DNA of 64,000 bases from Candidatus Saccharimonadota bacterium (GTDB taxonomy: Bacteria > Patescibacteriota > Saccharimonadia > CAILAD01 > BJGX01): contig JACPPH010000008.1 of NCBI GenBank assembly GCA_016191105.1, positions 66,667 to 130,666 of the forward strand. Direction: 5' to 3'. Below, piece after piece: positions 38,048-46,514 of the stretch; within the stretch, counting starts at the first letter, position 1, and the number at the start of each line of letters is the position of its first letter. Made by a program: the position numbers and the translations under genes. A model generated the notes under the pieces. It was not told the DNA's origin. It did no database searches and saw only the letters and a program-made list of their open reading frames with translations.

Positions 38048-39172
38048 ATGAGTAAGCAAGTTAAACACAAGAAAACCTGGCTAGCCTACAAAACCCTGAC
38101 AGTTGCCAGTGTTAAGATGTATTTCCGCAACCGTACGGCAGTGTTCTTTACGCTATTTATACCGGTTATGTTCATACTCATATTTGGTGCTTTTAACTCT
38201 ACCAAGCAAAGTAGCTTTAAGCTCGATATAGTTAATCAAAGCAACACTCAGTTGTCGCAAAGTTTTGTGAACACGCTTACTGGTAACAAAGACGTATTTA
38301 AGACCACCGAAGACGATTTAAGTTCTGCTAAAGATCGCTTAGACAAGGGTAAGACCGATCTTGTAATCGTAGTGCCGGCAGAATTTGGCCAGGTTGATCC
38401 TAGCACTTTTGGCCCAAAAACTGCTCAAATTAAAACCTACTACAACAAGGGTCAACCCCAAACCGGGCAGGCTGCCAATTTGGTGGTTGGTCAGATTGTT
38501 GGTGGACTTAACAGCCAAATTACCAAAACGCCAGTGGTTTTTAGTGTCCAGTCAGAGGGGGTTAGTACTTATAATCTAGGCTACATTGACTATCTGGTGC
38601 CCGGCATAGTGGCGCTGTCTATAATGCAGCTTGGCATATTTAGCATAGCCTTTGCTTTTGTGAGTTTTAAGAGCTCCGGGGCATTGCGCCGCCTGTTTGT
38701 AACCCCGACCCATCCGGTAACATTTATATTTGGTCAGTCGGTTGCTCGCTTACTGATTGGCGTATTGCAGGTTAGCTTGTTAATAGGGCTTAGTGTGCTG
38801 GTTTTTAAGGTTCACATTGTAGGCAGCATGTTCAACATATTTGTCCTAGCTTTTCTTGGTGTATTGGTTTTCTTGGCCTTTGGCTTTACGGTGGCTGGCT
38901 GGGCCAAAGATGAAAACCAAGCTGCACCCATTGCCAACCTTATTAGTTTCCCAATGCTCTTTTTGAGCGGCACATTTATTCCACGCGATACTCTGCCGAA
39001 TTGGCTTCAAACCATAACTGGCTTTTTTCCGCTAACCTATCTGGCCGATGCCATGCGCGCGGTCTCAACTCAGGGCTCCACCCTGTGGCAAGTACGGGGC
39101 GACATATTGGGTCTGGTTATATGGGGCGTGATTATGTTTATTGTAGCTATCAAAGTATTTAAGTGGGAATAG
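38048..39172 (+). CDS. ABC-2 family permease with large extracytoplasmic loop
   Basis: aggag RBS. N-terminal TM helix, a loop of about 150 aa, then 5 TM helices. Confidence 0.6.
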   Translation: MSKQVKHKKTWLAYKTLTVASVKMYFRNRTAVFFTLFIPVMFILIFGAFNSTKQSSFKLDIVNQSNTQLSQSFVNTLTGNKDVFKTTEDDLSSAKDRLDKGKTDLVIVVPAEFGQVDPSTFGPKTAQIKTYYNKGQPQTGQAANLVVGQIVGGLNSQITKTPVVFSVQSEGVSTYNLGYIDYLVPGIVALSIMQLGIFSIAFAFVSFKSSGALRRLFVTPTHPVTFIFGQSVARLLIGVLQVSLLIGLSVLVFKVHIVGSMFNIFVLAFLGVLVFLAFGFTVAGWAKDENQAAPIANLISFPMLFLSGTFIPRDTLPNWLQTITGFFPLTYLADAMRAVSTQGSTLWQVRGDILGLVIWGVIMFIVAIKVFKWE

Positions 39173-39181
39173 GCTAGTAGC

Positions 39182-40399
39182 GTGCCAGTAAACGATTGTT
39201 TACAGTTAAAATTGCCAGCTCCCTTTTGGGCTATAAGTTTGAGCGATATTCACCTACAGGCTAAGCAGACCAAAGCCTCGGCTTGGGTTGAGCAAGAATT
39301 AGCTCAGCGGATTCGCTCGCATGCAGGCCCTGGGATTGTAGTGCTAAATGGTGACATTATAGAATTGTGGGCTGGCCAAAATCCAGATTTAAAGGCTGCC
39401 TTGCAAGCTCACGCTAGATTAACAAGTGCAATAAAAAATTTCGGCGAACAACCTGGCTGCCAGGTTGTATTTGTGGTGGGTAATCACGATGGCGAGGTGG
39501 GGTGGAGTAGCGAGGATCAGAAAGTTATTCAAGCTGAGCTTGGTGCAAAGCTTTGTTTTCAGCTAGAGCTCAATATGAATGGAAAAGTTGTAATATTTGA
39601 GCACGGTCATCAATTGGATCCCGACAACTTGTTTGAGGATCAGCGCGATCCACACGATCACCCCATGGGCCAATATGTGGTTCAAAAGATTCTGCCGATG
39701 GCTCAAAAATCCAAAACTGAGGTTCTAGCCGATGTTGATACTTTGGCCGATCCGCGCCGGTTTCCGATTTTTTTGTTTTCAAGGATTTTTTACCGGACAA
39801 TTGTTAGAAATAGTGGCTGGCTGGCGTTGCCATTTGTACTAGCATTGCTCTACAGATTTTTAACCGTCGTTGGTTTTTACTTCTTAGAACAAGCGCCACC
39901 GCAAAAGGTGCTAGACTTCTTGGTGCTAACCGACATAGTGATTATTTTAGACGCAGTGTTGCTGATAGTTATTGGCTATGTAATCTTGAGGCACTTTTGG
40001 AAACTTAGTGCTAGCTTGGTAGATGAACGTGGCGGTAGTGATCACAATCGCGACCCGCGTGAGTATACCAGCACAAGGATTAGTTCCAAGAAAATAACTG
40101 GTGGAGTATTTGGTCACACCCATGTGGCCGAGCTTACACCAATCAAGGACGGCTTTTATGCCAACAGTGGCTCGGGTACCAAGATTACCAAAGCTTACCA
40201 AGCCCGACTAGGTTTGCCCAAAATCTATATACCCAGTCTGCAGCTATCATGGCTAGAATTCGAAATGGGTCAAAAGGTAAAAGTTTCGCTATTTGCTGGC
40301 AACCGAAAGCTCGAGGGGTTGAAGGGGTTCGAAAAGCTACTCCTCAAAAAGCCAATCGTGTATACTGAAGCAAAGTTAGTAAAAAGCCTGGAGGTTTAA
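39182..40399 (+). CDS. membrane-associated metallophosphoesterase (calcineurin-like)
   Basis: LNGDIIELW, VVGNHDGE, FEHGHQLD and FGHTHV motifs, with internal TM helices. Confidence 0.65.
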   Translation: MPVNDCLQLKLPAPFWAISLSDIHLQAKQTKASAWVEQELAQRIRSHAGPGIVVLNGDIIELWAGQNPDLKAALQAHARLTSAIKNFGEQPGCQVVFVVGNHDGEVGWSSEDQKVIQAELGAKLCFQLELNMNGKVVIFEHGHQLDPDNLFEDQRDPHDHPMGQYVVQKILPMAQKSKTEVLADVDTLADPRRFPIFLFSRIFYRTIVRNSGWLALPFVLALLYRFLTVVGFYFLEQAPPQKVLDFLVLTDIVIILDAVLLIVIGYVILRHFWKLSASLVDERGGSDHNRDPREYTSTRISSKKITGGVFGHTHVAELTPIKDGFYANSGSGTKITKAYQARLGLPKIYIPSLQLSWLEFEMGQKVKVSLFAGNRKLEGLKGFEKLLLKKPIVYTEAKLVKSLEV

Positions 40400-41215
40400 T
40401 TGTTGCAAACTGTTGCGCCAAAAGATTACGCCAAGCAGGGCTCTTGGCGACTGTTCTTTCAATCGCTGTCAGATATTGGGCTGAACAATCGGGGTTTAGT
40501 CCATATTATGAGCTGGACTTTGCTAATGGTGCCAGCAGCTGCTATCTTGGTGTTGTTAATAGTAATGGCAATCTTTTTGCCAGGCGGCCGGCTACCCTTG
40601 GTGATTTTGGCAGCAATATATGGCCTGGCCTTTGTGGCCGGCTTGTTTGTGCTAAGCGTGTATCTGGCATCGGCCTACGTTTATTTGTCGCTCAGTATTG
40701 CCAAGCGCCAGAGCTTAAGCCTGGCGCAGCTCAAAACTGTAGCTTGGGCTAAGATGTGGTACATATTTATAGTTAATTTTTTAGTTGGTTTAATAAATCA
40801 GGTGGTGACTGCCGTTCAGATAATCCCACTCATTGGCGCTGTTATAAGTTTGGTGCTGAGCGTTTTGATCTCAGCCTTTATGGCGCCGGCAACCTATATT
40901 TTGGTTGACCAAAACCAAAATCCGATTGAGGCCATGAAAGACAGCTACAATCTGGTGAGGGCAAAAGGCCATATGAGCGTATTTGTTAAGATGGTACTGG
41001 TCTTTACTGTCATTTTAATGGCGGCAATAATGTTGTTTGTGCTTATCTTTGTGCTGCCAGCTGTTATGCTATTGGCCAATAAACTAATCTTGCTGGGAAG
41101 CATCTGGATAACCATATCGGCTGTCGTATTGTTCGTGTTAATTATCTATAGTAGTCTGGCCTACCAAATTTGCTTGGCCAAGCGCTACCTGCAGGTTAAG
41201 CCGGCCCAAGATTAA
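40400..41215 (+). CDS. polytopic membrane protein (hypothetical)
   Basis: 6-7 TM helices. Start uncertain (TTG at 40400 or ATG at 40507). Confidence 0.4.
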   Translation: MLQTVAPKDYAKQGSWRLFFQSLSDIGLNNRGLVHIMSWTLLMVPAAAILVLLIVMAIFLPGGRLPLVILAAIYGLAFVAGLFVLSVYLASAYVYLSLSIAKRQSLSLAQLKTVAWAKMWYIFIVNFLVGLINQVVTAVQIIPLIGAVISLVLSVLISAFMAPATYILVDQNQNPIEAMKDSYNLVRAKGHMSVFVKMVLVFTVILMAAIMLFVLIFVLPAVMLLANKLILLGSIWITISAVVLFVLIIYSSLAYQICLAKRYLQVKPAQD

Positions 41216-41245
41216 TATCATCCTACCTGTGATAAAATAAGTCTT

Positions 41246-41644
41246 ATGCGTAAGCTTTTTAATTATTCGAAGATTCTCTTTTGGTTTGGCCTGCTTATAG
41301 CTATATACATGTTTGCAGTATTAGCCTCCGAAACGTCCAAAAATTATACCCTGCGGGCGCGTAGTGATGCCTTGCAGAACCAGATTGACCAGCTGCAAGT
41401 GCAGATTGAACAGCTAGGCTACAAAATTACTTACTATCAAACCGACTCTTATAAAGAGCGTATAGCTCGCGAAAAGTTGGGCTTGCAAGCGCCAGGCGAG
41501 GGGGTGGTTATTACCAAATCTCAAGCTCCAAGTACAGATTCGGCTAGCGTGGAGAGTGTGCCGGTGCAGCTGCAAACCAAACAAGATCTAGAAGCCCAAA
41601 AGCCCAACCCGCAACAGTGGTGGGATTTCCTTCTCGGCAGTTAA
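41246..41644 (+). CDS. septum formation initiator (FtsB/DivIC-like) family protein
   Basis: TM helix then coiled coil (ALQNQIDQLQVQIEQL). Confidence 0.5.
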   Translation: MRKLFNYSKILFWFGLLIAIYMFAVLASETSKNYTLRARSDALQNQIDQLQVQIEQLGYKITYYQTDSYKERIAREKLGLQAPGEGVVITKSQAPSTDSASVESVPVQLQTKQDLEAQKPNPQQWWDFLLGS

Positions 41645-42183
41645 GCCAAAAGACCAGTAACTTGTTTTACTGTTCGCTCGATATTGTGGTTTGAGGAATC
41701 TATCTTAACGAAGTCTTTGTAAAAGGGGACGGTGGAAAAATGCTCATAATGTTCATCAACCGCCTCTCTACCCATCCTAAAGTTCTCATGTCTTTGCTCG
41801 TCTCGAAGTTTGGCAATATCTGCTCGGGGCAACAGAAGTATCTTATGGGTCAGCTCGACTTGCTTAACTAACTCCTCCCATGCGGATTCATCAAGATAGC
41901 CATTTATAATTACATTTAAATCTTTTTTGTGGAAGTTTTTGGCGATCATGCCTATGCTTTCACCTACCAAACTCTATTGTTCGAATCTCCACTTCTTTTT
42001 GCCATCTGGTAGGATGTCGTACTTAAAACCGCTCACCAAGAAGTGCTTAATATTATCTACTTCAATATTGGCACAATCAGGAATTTGTTTGGCCAGCCGT
42101 TTGGCGACCGCACTCTTGCCGGATCCTGTTGGACCAGTTATAGCTACCACGAATTTATTTGCTGTCATGCTATGCATAGCCAA
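41641..42183 (-). pseudogene. P-loop kinase-like NTPase interrupted by a single in-frame TAG (41974-41976)
   Basis: The GPTGSGKS Walker A lies in the upstream part. Translation continues in the same frame after the TAG (...WRFEQ*SLVGESIGMIAK...). Confidence 0.5.
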
Positions 42184-42191
42184 GGCCGTAT

Positions 42192-42749
42192 CTAGCGCCA
42201 GTTAATACTTTTCACAATTCTATCGATCTCAGCTTTTGAGGTATTATTGGGTTCAAATACAAACTTAATTGAGAAGGCATTTATTGTTTTGCCGCTCCCC
42301 GAGGGCCTGTATGGATTTGTTCCATATGCCAAGTAAGAGTACAATAGCTTTTCTGGTTGGTCGGCAGGCTTGGATACGCCCGAAAACATCTCTGCTGGGC
42401 GGCCATCTATATCCACTACAGATATATCGCTGGTAGCCAGGCGTGGCGACCCTTCTTTGAGAATTGTGTCTGCCTGCTCCTTACTATTTACACTTTCAGT
42501 AAAGGGCACAATTAACACCATGTTGCTCGAGCCAAGCTTGGCAACAAACTGACAACGATTTCCGCCAGAATTAGTAATGGTATATTTAGCTGGAACAGAT
42601 ACGGTGAAGCATTCTGTACTTGTCATGGTAGTTTTGGCATTATTTCGATACAAAAAATAGCCGATAGCAGCTAATATAATTATGATTAAAACAATAATTA
42701 TTAGCTCAACCACACTAAAACCTTGTTGGCTGTGTTTGATAGCCTTCAT
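42192..42749 (-). CDS. type IV pilin-like protein (prepilin-type N-terminal cleavage/methylation domain)
   Basis: KHSQQGFSVVELIIIVLIIIILAAIGY matches the G-F-T/S-x-x-E-L hydrophobic N-terminus. Confidence 0.6.
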   Translation of the reverse strand: MKAIKHSQQGFSVVELIIIVLIIIILAAIGYFLYRNNAKTTMTSTECFTVSVPAKYTITNSGGNRCQFVAKLGSSNMVLIVPFTESVNSKEQADTILKEGSPRLATSDISVVDIDGRPAEMFSGVSKPADQPEKLLYSYLAYGTNPYRPSGSGKTINAFSIKFVFEPNNTSKAEIDRIVKSINWR

Positions 42750-42804
42750 GCTTATGGCTACTATAGCACAAAAAATGACCCGTTTTTAAGGGTCAAAATA
42801 ATTC

Positions 42805-42879
42805 TGGTAGCGGGGGCGGGACTCGAACCCGCGACCTTCAGGTTATGAGCCTGACGAGCTGCCACTGCTCCACCCCGCG
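42805..42879 (-). tRNA. initiator tRNA-fMet (CAU)
   Basis: CGCGGGGUGGAGCAG...CUCAUAA...GGUUCGAGUCC...CCCCCGCUACCA. It has a C1:U72 mismatch and an A11:U24 pair, and is near-identical to E. coli tRNA-fMet by recollection. Confidence 0.7.
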
Positions 42880-42921
42880 ACGTATGTGATATTTTATCTC
42901 TATCAGGAGTAATAGTCAACA

Positions 42922-42998
42922 TGGTGGCTGCGGAAGGGATCGAACCTTCGACCTCGGGCTTATGAGTCCCGCGCTCTAACCGACTGAGCTACGCAGCC
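42922..42998 (-). tRNA. elongator tRNA-Met (CAU)
   Basis: GGCUGCGUAGCUCAGUCGGUUAGAGC...ACUCAUAA...GGUUCGAUCC...CGCAGCCACCA with a perfect acceptor stem and a C11:G24 pair. Confidence 0.6.
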
Positions 42999-43220
42999 TC
43001 GCTGTCAAACTTTGGCTTCGACTATCGCAAACATATTATAAATGTATTTGCTTTTGTCTGCACCAAGGTTTTTCTCTCGGTTCAAATTTTTTCGACAATT
43101 TGAGCCGTTTAAACCACTGATTCTACCATAAATCAACCTAAAAGTAAACGCTCAAGCTAAGGGCTTGCTCTGGGGATACAAACCCGTTACCATAAGAAGG
43201 ATAGTTAAAAGGAAAAACTA

Positions 43221-43379
43221 ATGCCCGCAAAAAAGTCTACTCGCAAAGCACCACTGGCTCGCTCTAAAAAGCAGTTTATTGAACCATCGTTTCTAATAAT
43301 GATTGTTTTGGTGGCTATGGCTGGAATAGCATTTATTTTATACGCTAGTGCCGCTACCTACACATCGTCAATCCGCTAG
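43221..43379 (+). CDS. small membrane protein (52 aa, hypothetical)
   Basis: aaaagga RBS. The MPAKKSTRK... N-terminus resembles that of the next gene (MPARNKKKK...). Confidence 0.3.
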   Translation: MPAKKSTRKAPLARSKKQFIEPSFLIMIVLVAMAGIAFILYASAATYTSSIR

Positions 43380-43391
43380 TAGGCAAGCTAA

Positions 43392-43862
43392 ATGCCTGCT
43401 CGTAACAAAAAGAAAAAGTTAAACCGCGACCCATTGCCAGCACAAACATTATGGTTGGCAGTGGTTTTGGTTGCAATCGCCGGATTAGCAATGGTGTTTG
43501 TAAGCCAAGCTTATCGCTCGGTTGATACTACCAAGGCCGGCACAGTGGTTAGTTTTACAAAAGGCTCCAACTTAAACCAGCAAACTAGTGCTAACAATGG
43601 CACTACTAGGTTTAATCTAGCTCTTAAGAGCGGTCTAAAGTATTGTTGGTGGGGCAACAGTAGCGCGGGGGCTCAAACTCAAGGCTCGGTGCGCTACAAC
43701 GACAGTCAAACCGTGGCCTTTGGTGCCAATGACTTTAAACTCGATAGCATCTCGCAACCGCTCTTCTGCTTTACATCGCAATATGACTCAAACAATGCCG
43801 AAGTATTTATATCGGTTAGCGGCAAAGTCAATTTTAGCTCAATGCGCGTAACTCAGCCCTAA
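43392..43862 (+). CDS. membrane-anchored hypothetical protein
   Basis: Basic N-terminus, one TM helix, then a Ser/Thr/Asn-rich domain. Confidence 0.45.
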   Translation: MPARNKKKKLNRDPLPAQTLWLAVVLVAIAGLAMVFVSQAYRSVDTTKAGTVVSFTKGSNLNQQTSANNGTTRFNLALKSGLKYCWWGNSSAGAQTQGSVRYNDSQTVAFGANDFKLDSISQPLFCFTSQYDSNNAEVFISVSGKVNFSSMRVTQP

Positions 43863-43938
43863 ATTACCCATAGAAGGCACGACGCCCCGCTACGAAGGGG
43901 GCGCCGCGCATTGCGGGTTGATCCGTTCGTAACGGGGC

Positions 43939-44916
43939 TTACTTGGACTTGGCGAGGTCCTTGGCTCGTTTCTCAGCTTCGCGAGCGCGGGCCTTGGCTT
44001 CGGCAGCCTCGGCGTGTGCCTTGGCGACCTCTCTCCGTCGTTTGTTCTCCTCGATGATGGTGTCGATCATGAAGCAGACGCGTCCCGGGTAGGAGCCAGA
44101 TGCTGCGGCATCTTTGATGCTGGCCGGCTTTCGCTGGCCATAGTTGACGGTCTCATTCATGGCCATCTTGCGCAAAGCTGTGAGCGTGGCCTTGTCGAGG
44201 TTCTCGCCCAGCTGCTCGGCCAGGTGTAGCAGTTTGAAGGCCCGCATGAATGGCAGCAGCTGCGGCCGACACGCTACCAGTCGCCGGTTGAAGGCGACCA
44301 GCCCTTGGTGGTACTCACTGTCCAGCTCGAGGTCGCGGTAAAAGGCCAGCTCGCACAACCATTTGCCGCAATTCACCGCCCACTCCATAGGCTTGCTCCC
44401 ACGGCCTTCAGGGTCCTGAAGGTTGTAGGTGCGATGTGTTGAGTACAGAGGGTCTTCGCTTCTGAGGAACCAAACGAACAGCTCGAGCATGTCAGGCTGT
44501 TCCAGCCAAGTCCACGAAACGATCTTGCCTCCTTCTCGTTCGGGCAGTTGCCTGAACATCTGCTCACTGGTGACAGCAAAGGCTTTGGCGGCGAGCGTCT
44601 GCCGACCCTCCTTGTAGCGGTCGATCCTGCGGTCGTCGACCACATCACGTTCGCGGTTGTAGAGCCCGTTCAGATGATCGAGGTGACCGTCGGCCATGCG
44701 CAGATAGAGAGCCATGCGGTCGATCGCAGCGTTCTGATTGCAGCTGCCCTCGACTCCGAACCCGCAATGCAGCAGGCCAATCTGAACTTCGAGCGGGGTT
44801 TCTGGGTTGAGAAGCATCTCGTACCAGTTGTCCCAATTCCGAAGTCGGTGAGGCAAGAAGTCGAGCAGCGGGTTGCGCCGCTCGTATTCGCCGGTGGTTT
44901 CTTCGCTTGAGCTCAC
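43939..44916 (-). CDS. hypothetical protein encoded on a high-GC island
   Basis: 325-aa ORF with GC about 58-60% against roughly 45% for the surroundings, and CGG/GCC/CTG-rich codon usage. No recognisable motifs. Charged Ala/Lys/Glu-rich C-terminus. Confidence 0.55.
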   Translation of the reverse strand: MSSSEETTGEYERRNPLLDFLPHRLRNWDNWYEMLLNPETPLEVQIGLLHCGFGVEGSCNQNAAIDRMALYLRMADGHLDHLNGLYNRERDVVDDRRIDRYKEGRQTLAAKAFAVTSEQMFRQLPEREGGKIVSWTWLEQPDMLELFVWFLRSEDPLYSTHRTYNLQDPEGRGSKPMEWAVNCGKWLCELAFYRDLELDSEYHQGLVAFNRRLVACRPQLLPFMRAFKLLHLAEQLGENLDKATLTALRKMAMNETVNYGQRKPASIKDAAASGSYPGRVCFMIDTIIEENKRRREVAKAHAEAAEAKARAREAEKRAKDLAKSK

Positions 44917-45038
44917 GATGAGCTCCTTTCTGTTTTGACTACGCCCAGTTTCTTAGGGCTACGTTAAGGTAACTTCTTTGTACAACTTATCTTCGTGCCG
45001 AGCAAGCACAGGCACTTCTAAAATGTTATTCCAGACTT

Positions 45039-45078
45039 GATCCGGGATCCATGGGTTTATGATATAGATCCCGGATCC
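45039..45078. repeat. inverted repeats GATCCGGGATCC / GATCCCGGATCC separated by 16 bp at the island edge
   Basis: Read directly from the sequence. Confidence 0.5.
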
Positions 45079-45191
45079 TGGTTTCGTCTAAAGCCGAACC
45101 GGTCCGGGATGACAGGGTGGGTGACAAGCGCAAGTTAGATTAGGTAGTAATTACGGTTTCTTAAACACCTGGTAATGGTAAAATATTAAGT

Positions 45192-46514
45192 ATGCTTTCT
45201 GAACTGCATAACCATCTTTCTAGTACCAAGCTTTTGCCGCCGCGCTCTAAGTTGCTTTTGGCTGTCTCGGGCGGAGTAGATTCGGTTAGCCTGCTCGATC
45301 TGTTGCACGGTCTTAATACTTACTATAACTGGGAGTTAGCGATAGCTCACCTCGACCACAAGACTAGGCTCGATTCGGTTGACGACGCTCAGTTGGTTGG
45401 CAAGTTGGCAGACGATTATGGCTATAAGTTTTATCTTGGTCAGTTACCCGGGGAAGAACGCCGCGAGGCTCAACTTAGGGAGGCGCGCTATGGATTTTTG
45501 CAAGAATTGGCCAGCGCGGGGGGTTACGACTATATTGTTACAGCCCACCATGGTGACGACCGGCTCGAAACTAGCCTGCTCAACTCTATTCGTGGGGCTG
45601 ACCGCGAAGGCTTAGCGGCACTAAGAGCCAGGCGGGATAACTTGGTGCGTCCTTTGCTGCCATTCCGCAAAGCCGACATAATTGTTTACGCCAATCTGCA
45701 TAATCTGTCTTATCGACAAGACAGCAGCAACAGTGACTTAGCCTATCGGCGTAACTTGTTAAGAAACGAGCTAATGCCATTGGGCTCAATCACTCAAGCA
45801 GACTTTCGTAGCCAGCTAAGTTGCTCGCTCGACCGCCTAGAAGTCTTAAACGACCGAATTGAATCTAACTTGCAAGGCCTATTAGCCGACATCGTGATTG
45901 AACAAAACGGCAAAAAAGTGGAGATTGATCAGGTTCGATTTAGTAAATTGCCCGAAGCCGTGCAACTTAATTTGCTTAGCTATATTTGCAAGCAGCTGGC
46001 CCCTGGCGTGGCATTGAGTCAAAAAAATTTAGAGCAGGCTTTAAGGTTTGTAAGCCGTGCCCGCAGTGGCTCGGTTACGCACCTGGCATCTGGGTTGCAT
46101 ATGATGTGTAACTATGGTAGCGTAATGATTACTTCTGTTAATCCGGTTAGTAACCCCAGATCTGGTAGAACTGCCCCTTTGAATGTTAATCAGCCCTTTA
46201 GCCACGGCTTATTTAATCTGCGCCTGTTGAACGAACCAATTGATACCGATAGGCCACAAGCCTTAGTGCGTCCTGGCAATATGTATGTACGCTTCTGGCA
46301 GCCTGGTGATAGGGTGCAACCACTAGGCATGGAGGGTAGCAAAAAGCTCCAAGATGTTTTTTCGGATGCCAAAGTGCCCAAGCACTTGCGTTCGCACTGG
46401 CCAGTAGTGGTGAGCGCTAGCGGCGAGGTAGTCTGGCTACCAACACTAGCTATTGATCGACGCTTTGCCGCTACAGACAAAGACCAGCCAATTCAGTTAA
46501 TTTGTGAGGTTTAA
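45192..46514 (+). CDS. tilS: tRNA(Ile)-lysidine synthetase
   Basis: PP-loop LLLAVSGGVDSVSLL and a length of 440 aa, immediately upstream of ftsH. Confidence 0.85.
   Translation: MLSELHNHLSSTKLLPPRSKLLLAVSGGVDSVSLLDLLHGLNTYYNWELAIAHLDHKTRLDSVDDAQLVGKLADDYGYKFYLGQLPGEERREAQLREARYGFLQELASAGGYDYIVTAHHGDDRLETSLLNSIRGADREGLAALRARRDNLVRPLLPFRKADIIVYANLHNLSYRQDSSNSDLAYRRNLLRNELMPLGSITQADFRSQLSCSLDRLEVLNDRIESNLQGLLADIVIEQNGKKVEIDQVRFSKLPEAVQLNLLSYICKQLAPGVALSQKNLEQALRFVSRARSGSVTHLASGLHMMCNYGSVMITSVNPVSNPRSGRTAPLNVNQPFSHGLFNLRLLNEPIDTDRPQALVRPGNMYVRFWQPGDRVQPLGMEGSKKLQDVFSDAKVPKHLRSHWPVVVSASGEVVWLPTLAIDRRFAATDKDQPIQLICEV

Noticed and set aside
41974-41976. In-frame TAG as evidence of genetic-code reassignment
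   Set aside because: TAG (and TGA) terminate many conserved genes in this window at their expected lengths (e.g. pyrB, pyrD). All conserved proteins are full-length under table 11. A point nonsense mutation or an error is more parsimonious.
42750-45191. An integrase or transposase marking the tRNA-adjacent island as a mobile element
   Set aside because: No integrase, recombinase or transposase-like ORF was found and no direct repeat of a tRNA 3' end was seen. The island is supported only by composition and the inverted repeats.
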